From NCBI GenBank assembly GCA_035529075.1, contig DATKXK010000010.1:165401-229400 (forward strand): DNA of 64,000 nt, in the 5' to 3' direction. Each line of letters begins with the position of its first letter. Position 1 is the stretch's first letter. The stretch comes from Acidobacteriota bacterium. Lineage in GTDB: Bacteria > Zixibacteria > MSB-5A5 > GN15 > FEB-12. The notes under the pieces were generated by a model, which saw only the letters and a list, made by a program, of their open reading frames with translations, searched no databases and had not been told where the DNA came from. A program made the position numbers and the translations under genes. Positions 55,742-63,431 of this stretch are shown piece by piece.

Positions 55742-57793
55742 CTAGAAACTTCCGTCAAAGAGGTATTCCACCTCGACGCGTCCCATGATCGTGATGGCGT
55801 TGTCCGGAGTCAGCTTCACTACCTGGCCGCCCGAATCCTCGAGCACCAGCTGCGTGAGAATGTACAGGGAATCGGTGTTCAGAATCTGGACGTCCTCGTC
55901 GGTCAGCACGACCGTGTCGACAATCTCCGAACTGCCGATCGACACGCCGCCCAGGTGGGGTGCCGCCCCGACCGAGAGGTCGGATATGTCCAGATCGTAG
56001 CCGGCCGGCGAAACGTCCGAGGTCCGGCTGAGGTAGACGTTGGCGGTAACGCCCAGCGGAAGTGAGTTCGTGATCTGGTAGACGAATGTCGCCCGCTCGA
56101 CGTGCTCGGTAACCAGGTCGATGTTGTCAACGTCGATTTGCTCATCCTGAATGTCCGTTTCGATAGTCGAGCCGGTGACCACCATCTCCAGTGGCGCGTA
56201 AAAGCTCAGCGTGGCGTGAACGAAATCACCGACTTGCAAGGTGCCCGTCGATACGCCGTCCGCGAACTGCGCCGTGCCCGTTACGGTTACCTGGCTCGGG
56301 ATAGGGCTCAGGAATGAGGACGCCGAGTCATTGATAATGAAGCTCGTGACGGACGAGTCGGCGGTGCCCGCCGCGACCGGGCCGTTGATAATGAGGACTC
56401 TGCCGTTATCGCCCGTCAGCTGGACGTCGAGGGTGCCGGGCAGTTGAACGGCGTTTTCGATCCGGACCGTCAGCACCACCGTAGCCAGTTCGAAACCGTC
56501 AAAGCCGCTGGGAACGTCGATGTCCTGCTGCGTGGAGCCGACGTCGACCTGCTTCGGCGAGAAAATACCTGTCACCGAGGCGAAGGAGACGGACGAAAGG
56601 GTGGTGGAGACACCGAAAGCCTGGTTCTGGTTGATGTCCACGCGCCCACCGGCCGTCACGGCCGAGAATATCAGGTCAACCTCCTGTGGCGCCGAAAGGT
56701 CCGAGGGAACCAGTTCGTACGACGAGATATCGAGGATTGCGACCTGCGTACCAACGGCTTGCACCAACCTCTGGACCTGCAGCGGCTGGCCGCCGGAGAC
56801 GAGGTCCGGGAGTTCGCATGTCACGGTCGCCGCCAGGGGCGTGTTGTTGGTCAGGATGATCTGCAGGCTTCCACTCTGAATCGCGGCATGGTGGATCTCA
56901 ACGGTGGTACCGTCCGCTCCGAGCTGGACTTTCGTGGTGTCGCTGAGTGAAAGCGACGGCACCTCGGCGTCGGTGGCCGAATTCAGCCCCAGTTGGCCGT
57001 CGAAGCTTACGGCGGTGGTGATATCCTTGTCCGCTGTCGTGAGTACGGTGCCGCCGGGCGTGTGGCACGTCGAAGAGATGCGCAGCGTGTTGGAAATCGT
57101 CTGACCGTCGAGAATGAACAGGACGGAGTCGGTGACGCCGTCGGCGATGCCCGAGGGAAACGCCTCCGAGCCCACCAGGGCCGGCGAACTCGGAACGGCC
57201 ATGTCGTACAGGTCGACCCTGACGGTGTCGAGATCCACTCCCAGGTTGTTGTCAACCACGACGTACATCCGGCCGCCGGCGATGGTCGCCGTTGAAAAGC
57301 TTGTGATCGCCGCCATGTCGTTGACGACCGTGAAGCTCGATGGCGGCACGATGCCGAGCGGGAGCGAGGCGATCTGGTCAAATCCGATCGTCACCGGGGC
57401 CAGCGATGGCGCGTCGATATCGATAATCCCCAGTGACCGTGACGTTGTGGTATCGATGTCGGCGATGGAAAGCTCCGCCTCGTCGAGACGAATCGTGTCA
57501 ACTTCCTCCGTGATCGTGTAGGTCACGTTGCTGTCACCTTCGATCTGTACGCCGTCGTCGCCGATACGCTGGACAATCTCGTCCATCGGATAAGTCCGAT
57601 TTATGAGCGGCACCGTCAGAACCGTGGTCCACTGCGGTGACTCGGGTTTCTTGATCGTGCACTGGGCCAGGGTGAGAAAGACGACAACTACGCCCAGCGC
57701 GAGAGCCAATCTGGTTCCGAGTCTGAACAGACGGGAATCGAGGAATTCCTGGGAGTCGGCGGTTCTGGATCGCTTCTTCTTCCGTGCCATCAT
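55742..57793 (-). CDS. 683-aa membrane-anchored/exported protein of unknown function with four repeated beta-rich modules
   Basis: N-terminal basic stretch plus one hydrophobic helix (LALALGVVVVFLTLAQC). A recurring motif appears four times: GRMYVVVDNNLGVDLDTVRVDLYD, GSLQIILTNNTPLAATVTCELPD, VVLTVRIENAVQLPGTLDVQLTGD and TFVYQITNSLPLGVTANVYLS. Confidence 0.7.
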   Translation of the reverse strand: MMARKKKRSRTADSQEFLDSRLFRLGTRLALALGVVVVFLTLAQCTIKKPESPQWTTVLTVPLINRTYPMDEIVQRIGDDGVQIEGDSNVTYTITEEVDTIRLDEAELSIADIDTTTSRSLGIIDIDAPSLAPVTIGFDQIASLPLGIVPPSSFTVVNDMAAITSFSTATIAGGRMYVVVDNNLGVDLDTVRVDLYDMAVPSSPALVGSEAFPSGIADGVTDSVLFILDGQTISNTLRISSTCHTPGGTVLTTADKDITTAVSFDGQLGLNSATDAEVPSLSLSDTTKVQLGADGTTVEIHHAAIQSGSLQIILTNNTPLAATVTCELPDLVSGGQPLQVQRLVQAVGTQVAILDISSYELVPSDLSAPQEVDLIFSAVTAGGRVDINQNQAFGVSTTLSSVSFASVTGIFSPKQVDVGSTQQDIDVPSGFDGFELATVVLTVRIENAVQLPGTLDVQLTGDNGRVLIINGPVAAGTADSSVTSFIINDSASSFLSPIPSQVTVTGTAQFADGVSTGTLQVGDFVHATLSFYAPLEMVVTGSTIETDIQDEQIDVDNIDLVTEHVERATFVYQITNSLPLGVTANVYLSRTSDVSPAGYDLDISDLSVGAAPHLGGVSIGSSEIVDTVVLTDEDVQILNTDSLYILTQLVLEDSGGQVVKLTPDNAITIMGRVEVEYLFDGSF

Positions 57794-57967
57794 GTACTCC
57801 TTGGCGGCGTTGTTCCTTCCTTACCGGTCAGTTCCTGATGCAAAGGGGGTGCCCGGCGGCCGCAGACTGGTATCTCGTTGGTTGACTGTAGGTTGCGAAC
57901 CTCGAGCGAGGTCGGTCCGGGCGAACCGGGGGGCTGCCGGCGGCAAACCTATTGGAACAACCCCATA

Positions 57968-57997
57968 TTGACCGAGGAATCACTCAAGCCGTATATT
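57968..57997 (+). promoter_or_regulatory. sigma-70-type promoter candidate for the WYL regulator
   Basis: TTGACC-N18-TATATT, ending 21 nt before the ATG at 58018. Confidence 0.45.
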
Positions 57998-58017
57998 GGT
58001 CTCAGGGAGCAAACTCT

Positions 58018-58989
58018 ATGGGTATGCCGAAGTACGATCGACTCCTGCACATTCTCAACCTGCTGCGGTCTCGCAGAAACCTGAATGCCGCCCGCCTTGC
58101 GCAGGAATGCGGCGTTACCGAACGGTCCATCTATCGTGACATTCTGAGCCTGTCGGAAGCCAACGTTCCGATCTACTTCGACCGGGGCTACAAACTGGCC
58201 AGCGATAATTTCCTGCCCCCGCTGAACTTCGATTTCGAGGAATACACGTCTCTGAAACTGGCTCTGGAGTCATCCCCGCTGGCCAGGGCTGATCGTTACA
58301 CGAACGTTCTCAAACGGATCAGGGGGAAGGTCGACGCGGGTCTCTCCCAGTCTGTCAGGCAGCAGCGACAAACCGCCGTCCAAACGACTCATATCGAGAT
58401 TCCGGTATCCCAGTCGGAGCAGAACGCCCAGAGATATTATCGTCTTATCGAGATGGCCATCGTGGATAGTCGGTGTATAGAGTTGCACTATCAATCCATC
58501 ACGTCCGGCGAGACCGAACGCCGGGTGGAACCGTACTTTATCGTCTTTCGCGCTCGCGCGTTTTATTTCGTGGCCTACTGTCGCCTGCGAAAGGAGTTCC
58601 GGACGTTTCGCATTGACCGCATCCTGGGCATGACGCTCTCCGAGGAACGCTTCAGTCCCCGGCGCGACGTGAACCCCAGGGACTACTTCGAGGGGAGTTG
58701 GGAAGTGTATAGCGGGGAGCCGGTTGAGGTCGTGATCGAGTTCACCGGCTCGGCGGCGCGGGTGGTGCAATCAGGGAGGCATCATCTCAGTGAGGTGGTA
58801 GAGACGCTTGGCCCCGATCACGTGCGATACCGCGTGACGGTCAACGGGCTCGAGGAGATCAAGCGCTGGATTCTCGGGTTCGGTGACGAGGCCCGAGTGG
58901 TCTCTCCCGAGGAGTTGCGGGGAGAATTGTTGACCATCGGCGAGTATCTCGCGGCAACCTACCGGCCCGCCGAAGGCCGGAAACCGTAG
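58018..58989 (+). CDS. WYL-domain transcriptional regulator (HTH, WYL and WCX domains; YafY-like)
   Basis: Track ORF 57952..58989. The ATG at 58018 follows AGGGAG. HTH RLLHILNLLRSRRNLNAARLAQECGVTERSIYRDI. WYL core ELHYQS.....ERRVEPYFIVFRARAFYFVAYCRLRKEFRTFRIDRI. Confidence 0.85.
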   Translation: MGMPKYDRLLHILNLLRSRRNLNAARLAQECGVTERSIYRDILSLSEANVPIYFDRGYKLASDNFLPPLNFDFEEYTSLKLALESSPLARADRYTNVLKRIRGKVDAGLSQSVRQQRQTAVQTTHIEIPVSQSEQNAQRYYRLIEMAIVDSRCIELHYQSITSGETERRVEPYFIVFRARAFYFVAYCRLRKEFRTFRIDRILGMTLSEERFSPRRDVNPRDYFEGSWEVYSGEPVEVVIEFTGSAARVVQSGRHHLSEVVETLGPDHVRYRVTVNGLEEIKRWILGFGDEARVVSPEELRGELLTIGEYLAATYRPAEGRKP

Positions 58990-59260
58990 TCCTGTCCGTC
59001 GCATTTGGAGAGCAGGCAGGGTTGTCCGGCTATAGTGTGTTACTTGCAGAAATCGTTGTAACGTATTATTTGACAGCGCTGTAGCGCGACCGCGCCATCT
59101 GCGCGCATTCTCCCCGATAACAGTGCCGCAACCGGACGGTCCTGAAAGAAGACCGGCAGGTTTTCACTTGTTTCGGGATTTGAGGATCGTTATATGGGTA
59201 CGTAATTACGGTTGGCCGCCCGTGGCGGTGGCCGAGGCTGATTCACAAGGAGGTCCCGGC

Positions 59261-59449
59261 TTGGACGTGATACTTGAAACACTCGGCACACCCGGAGCGA
59301 TTGGCCTCGTTCTCGGACTGTTGGGGATAGTTTTGCTCGCCGCGATTGCCGCTCGCCTTTCGCGGGTAATTGATCTGTTGGATGAACTTGCAGAGCTCAT
59401 AACATCCGGTACCCGGCATCAGGAAGACGAGGTTGGCCAGCCGAGGTAA
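59261..59449 (+). CDS. 62-aa single-pass membrane peptide (candidate)
   Basis: Consensus SD AAGGAGG (59247-59253) lies 7 nt before an in-frame TTG. The product is (M)DVILETLGTPGAIGLVLGLLGIVLLAAIAARLSRVIDLLDELAELITSGTRHQEDEVGQPR. The longer track ORF (from 59123) has no SD. Confidence 0.4.
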   Translation: MDVILETLGTPGAIGLVLGLLGIVLLAAIAARLSRVIDLLDELAELITSGTRHQEDEVGQPR

Positions 59450-59639
59450 CATCTCGCTACCGGATCTCGCTTGGAAAACGGCGGTTTGCCCGGTGTGCGG
59501 CAAAACGTTTGAATACGTTTCCCGGCGATGTCCTCATACCTGTACCGGGGCCGAGTGCCGGTACAAGTTTCGCTACGGCATTGACAAAGCCTCATGGGTT
59601 GACCGCCAGTTGGGCCTCTTTGACCGGACCGGACGATGA
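59433..59639 (+). CDS. 68-aa zinc-ribbon-like peptide (candidate)
   Basis: CPVCG...CPHTC...C arrangement. Only a TTG start is available, and it overlaps the previous ORF by 17 nt. A small hairpin plus TTTT follows at 59638-59655. Confidence 0.4.
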   Translation: MASRGNISLPDLAWKTAVCPVCGKTFEYVSRRCPHTCTGAECRYKFRYGIDKASWVDRQLGLFDRTGR

Positions 59640-59714
59640 CCGTGAGCGGTCTTTTCGGTCGTTCGCGCCGCAAATCCCGAGATCGCTGTTTAGAGCCAAA
59701 CGAAAGGGTAAACG

Positions 59715-60278
59715 ATGACCAGAGTGCTGATAGTGTACTGGTCGGATTACGGCAACACCAAAAAAATGGCCGAGGCCGCTGCCAAGGGTGTCGGCACCAT
59801 AGCTGACGCCGAGGCCGTGATCAAGACCACCGAGGAGGCCACTGCGATCGACGTGACCGCCGCCGATGCTCTCGTAATTGGTTCGCCGACGCATATGGGT
59901 TCGATGGACTGGCACGTGAAGAAGTTCATAGACGAGGTGTGCGGCGGCCTGTGGATGAAAGACGCGCTGTCCGGCCGGGTCGGCGGTGTGTTTGCCACCG
60001 GCAGCGGGTACGGCAGTGCCGGGGGCGGCTGCGAGATGGCTATGCTCTCCATGATAAGCAACCTGGCCGAACTGGGCCTTGTCGTCGTGCCGCTGCCCAA
60101 GCATACTCCCGGATATCCCCAGGGCGGTCTGCAATGGGGTCCCTACGGACGGTCCGCCGGGCCGAATCTGGAGCAGAAAGAACTGGCCGAGGAGCCGCTG
60201 GTGGCCGCGCGGCATCATGGCGCCAACATCGCCCGGCTGGCCGTGAAACTCGGCGAACCGGTCACCTTTGCCAGATAG
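59715..60278 (+). CDS. flavodoxin-fold NAD(P)H-dependent oxidoreductase (WrbA-like)
   Basis: VLIVYWSDYGNTKKMAEA FMN-binding N-terminus, and GSPTHMGSM. Confidence 0.85.
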   Translation: MTRVLIVYWSDYGNTKKMAEAAAKGVGTIADAEAVIKTTEEATAIDVTAADALVIGSPTHMGSMDWHVKKFIDEVCGGLWMKDALSGRVGGVFATGSGYGSAGGGCEMAMLSMISNLAELGLVVVPLPKHTPGYPQGGLQWGPYGRSAGPNLEQKELAEEPLVAARHHGANIARLAVKLGEPVTFAR

Positions 60279-60317
60279 GGTGGCGCGGTTTGCGAATATT
60301 CTGAAGAAAGGACAGCG

Positions 60318-60878
60318 GTGGCAAAACGAGTTCTCGTGATAGTGGCAAACGGTTATGAGGACATGGAAACCGTGGTGCCGGTCGACGTGCTTACGCGGGC
60401 CGATGTGGAAGTCACCATCGCCGGCCTGGAAAAAGGGCCGGTCAAGGGGGCGTACGGCAGCACGATTGTACCTGATACAACGCTGGACCGCATCGACGGC
60501 CTGTACGATGCCCTGGTACTTCCGGGCGGGGTGGACAACGCCGAGCGTCTTGCCGCCCATCCCGGGGTCGTCAAGCAGGTGCATGCTCATAACGACGCGG
60601 GCAAGCTCGTATGTGCCATATGCGCCTCACCGGCTCTTGTTCTGGCCGAGGCGGCCGGGATCCTGGACGGCCGAAAAGCCACCGGTTACCCCGACTTCAG
60701 CAACAAGCTGGCCGCATACGGAGCGGTGGTCACTGATCAGGTAGTGACGGTCGACGGCAACATCATAACCGGCATGGGTCCGGGTGCGGCCCTGCCCTTC
60801 GCCCTGGCTGTGGCCGGGTACCTGGTCGGTGCTGAAATCCCTGATGGAATGGCGCAGCGGTGGCGGATCACCTACTGA
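60318..60878 (+). CDS. DJ-1/PfpI-family protein
   Basis: GTG start. VLVIVANGYEDME, LPGG and the nucleophile elbow AICASP. Confidence 0.9.
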   Translation: MAKRVLVIVANGYEDMETVVPVDVLTRADVEVTIAGLEKGPVKGAYGSTIVPDTTLDRIDGLYDALVLPGGVDNAERLAAHPGVVKQVHAHNDAGKLVCAICASPALVLAEAAGILDGRKATGYPDFSNKLAAYGAVVTDQVVTVDGNIITGMGPGAALPFALAVAGYLVGAEIPDGMAQRWRITY

Positions 60879-61003
60879 CGCGGAATGATGACGACCGGGC
60901 GGGAGTTGCGGGAAGCGGCGGTACGGGACGCGCCAGGTAAAAGTCCCGACCGTTTGACCGATAAGGTCGCAGTAAACAACTTTGACGGGAATCAACAGGA
61001 GTC

Positions 61004-62272
61004 ATGCCTCTGAAGGTCTGTATTTACGAGGACGACAGGTTTGCACAGTTCTACCCGCTTACCTTTCTGCGACCTGTGTACCTGCTGCGCGCCGGCATCG
61101 TACCGTTGTTCGAGCGCGCTCACCGGCATTTTGACGGCGCGGAGTTTTGTCTCATCGCGCGCAATTCGCTGGCCCCGCTGGTAGCGGGCCGGGTGCGCGA
61201 CCTCCCGGTCAACATCGTCAAGCGGGGAGAAGGGGACGTGCTGTTTCTCAACGGCCGGGTCCGCGACTTCGGCAACCTTGCGGCGCTCATTCCGGGAACG
61301 CGGCTGTCCACCGTGTTCATCAACCGGGGTGAAACGATCGCGGTTCTGTTCAAGTCTGAATCCGTAGAGGTGTTGCCGCCGATCGTCACGCAGAAGGAGT
61401 TTGTTGACCTGTATCGAGCGCAGCGTTCCAACATGGCCGATTTTGAAACTACGGCTACCCTGTACCAGTATCCATGGAACCTGGTCGAGGACATTGAAGC
61501 CCGGCTGGAACAGGATTTCGACTTTCTCTCGTCCTCGTTCCCGCCGTCGTCGGCCGTTGTGCACGAAGGGGCGTGGCTGGTCAACAGGACGCGCATTTTC
61601 ATCGGCGACCAGGCCCGGGTGATGCCGGGGGCGGTGATCGACGCCTCCAAGGGTCCCGTGTATATCGGTATGAACACGCGGGTCGAATCTCACGCCGCCG
61701 TCTACGGGCCGTGCTATATCGGTCCCAACTCGGTAGTACTGCCGGGCCGGATTACCGCCTCCTCGATCGGTCACACCTGCCGGGTCGGAGGGGAAATCGA
61801 AGAAACGGTCTTCCAGTCGTACGTGAACAAGTACCACGCCGGGTTTATCGGTCACAGCTACGTCGGTTCATGGGTGAACTTCGGTGCTATGACAACCAAC
61901 TCCGACCTGAAGAACAATTACTCCAACATCACTGTCACGGTGGCGGGCGAGGCGGTCGACACCGGCTCCATCAAGGTGGGGTCGTTTATCGGTGACCACA
62001 CCAAGTTCGGAATCGGTACACTGCTTAACACCGGCATCAGCATAGGGATATGCTGTAATGTTTACGGCGGCTCGCTGGTTGCGGACAGGGAGGTACCGTC
62101 CTTCTCGTGGGGCGGTCCTGACCGCTGGCGCAGGTACCGCTTTGACAAGGCCGTTGAAACGGCGCGGCGAACATGCGCGCGGCGCGATCACACCCTGGCC
62201 GAGGCTGAAATCAAGCAGTTGAAGTCCGTGTCGGACGAGGCGGTGGACACGGAGGGAATCGTGGTCTTTTGA
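61004..62272 (+). CDS. sugar-nucleotidyltransferase-like protein with a left-handed beta-helix C-terminal domain; the canonical Gly-rich NTP loop is absent
   Basis: The N-terminus VCIYEDDRFAQFYPLTFLRPVYLLRAGIVPL aligns with the ILAGGxGTRLxPLTxxxPK..L pattern, but EDDRFA replaces GGxGTR. The C-terminal half is hexapeptide repeats (IGPNSVV, IGHTCRV, IGHSYVG). Confidence 0.75.
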   Translation: MPLKVCIYEDDRFAQFYPLTFLRPVYLLRAGIVPLFERAHRHFDGAEFCLIARNSLAPLVAGRVRDLPVNIVKRGEGDVLFLNGRVRDFGNLAALIPGTRLSTVFINRGETIAVLFKSESVEVLPPIVTQKEFVDLYRAQRSNMADFETTATLYQYPWNLVEDIEARLEQDFDFLSSSFPPSSAVVHEGAWLVNRTRIFIGDQARVMPGAVIDASKGPVYIGMNTRVESHAAVYGPCYIGPNSVVLPGRITASSIGHTCRVGGEIEETVFQSYVNKYHAGFIGHSYVGSWVNFGAMTTNSDLKNNYSNITVTVAGEAVDTGSIKVGSFIGDHTKFGIGTLLNTGISIGICCNVYGGSLVADREVPSFSWGGPDRWRRYRFDKAVETARRTCARRDHTLAEAEIKQLKSVSDEAVDTEGIVVF

Positions 62273-62332
62273 GCGGCGAGGCGATGTCGGCCCGGGGTGC
62301 GGCCGCGCCCCGCCGGGAAGTGAAGGCCGGTG

Positions 62333-62361
62333 TTGACAAGCGATATCACGGTTGCTATTAT
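62333..62361 (+). promoter_or_regulatory. near-consensus sigma-70 promoter
   Basis: TTGACA-N17-TATTAT, 24 nt upstream of the ATG at 62385. Confidence 0.55.
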
Positions 62362-62384
62362 CTGTCACTACCGGAGAGGCACAG

Positions 62385-63431
62385 ATGCCTGAGTTGAGAA
62401 AAGATCCCGTCATCGGCCGCTGGGTCATCATTTCGACCGAACGCGGCCGCCGGCCCTCGTCATTCGCTTCGGTGACCAGGACGAACAACGCCGTGATGTG
62501 TCCGTTCTGCCCGGGCAATGAGAACGCCACGCCCCCGGAGGTCATGGCGTACCGCCAGCCGCACTCGGAGCCGAACGGACCGGGGTGGCGCCTGCGTGTA
62601 ACCTCGAACAAGTACCCGGCCCTGGTGGTGGAGGGTGAGCTCAACCGTGAGCCGGCCGGAATGTACGACCGCATGAACGGGATCGGCGCTCACGAGGTCA
62701 TCATTGAAACGCCCGTGCACGCGCGTGACATGGACGAGATGACGCCCGAAGAGGTGCGGGACGTGCTGTGGGCCTACCGGGAGCGCATGACCGATCTGGA
62801 GCGCGATATCCGCTTCAAGTACATTCTTGTTTTCAAGAACCACGGCGAAGTTGCCGGCGCCTCGCTGGAGCACTCGCACAGCCAGCTCATTGCCACGCCG
62901 ATCGTGCCCAAGCGGGTGGCCGAGAAGATTGAAGGGGCCAAGTGGTATTACGGTTTCAAGGAGCGCTGTATATTCTGTGATATTATCCGCCAGGAAATCA
63001 ACGACCAGGAGCGTATTGTCAAAGATTACGACGCCTTCATCACGTTTGAGCCGTTTGCGTCGCGCTTCCCGTTTGAAACCTGTATCATTCCCAAGACGCA
63101 TCAGTCCAGCTACCTGGAGATGTCCGATGCTGAGTACCTGACGCTGGCCGAGTGTCTGCGCGACACGCTGCGGCGGCTCAAGCTGGCCCTGCACAACCCG
63201 CCGTTTAATTTCATTCTGCATACGCGCCCGACGTCGCAAGAATATCACGAGTTCTTTCACTGGCATTTCGAACTGATTCCAAAGCTGACCAAGGTAGCCG
63301 GTTTTGAATGGGGATCCGGTTTCTACATCAATCCCACGCTTCCCGAGGAGGCCGCCGAGTTCCTGCGCAATATCGACACCAGCGGGCAGGCCCGGCTACA
63401 GCGGTCGAAGTTGTCAGGTGATGGCGGCTAA
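62385..63431 (+). CDS. GalT-family (HIT superfamily) hexose-1-phosphate nucleotidyltransferase / nucleoside-diphosphate-sugar phosphorylase
   Basis: Track ORF 62352..63431, with the ATG at 62385 after GGAGAGG. Zinc knuckle CPFCPGNE. Active-site HSHSQL (HxHxQ). Confidence 0.85.
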   Translation: MPELRKDPVIGRWVIISTERGRRPSSFASVTRTNNAVMCPFCPGNENATPPEVMAYRQPHSEPNGPGWRLRVTSNKYPALVVEGELNREPAGMYDRMNGIGAHEVIIETPVHARDMDEMTPEEVRDVLWAYRERMTDLERDIRFKYILVFKNHGEVAGASLEHSHSQLIATPIVPKRVAEKIEGAKWYYGFKERCIFCDIIRQEINDQERIVKDYDAFITFEPFASRFPFETCIIPKTHQSSYLEMSDAEYLTLAECLRDTLRRLKLALHNPPFNFILHTRPTSQEYHEFFHWHFELIPKLTKVAGFEWGSGFYINPTLPEEAAEFLRNIDTSGQARLQRSKLSGDGG

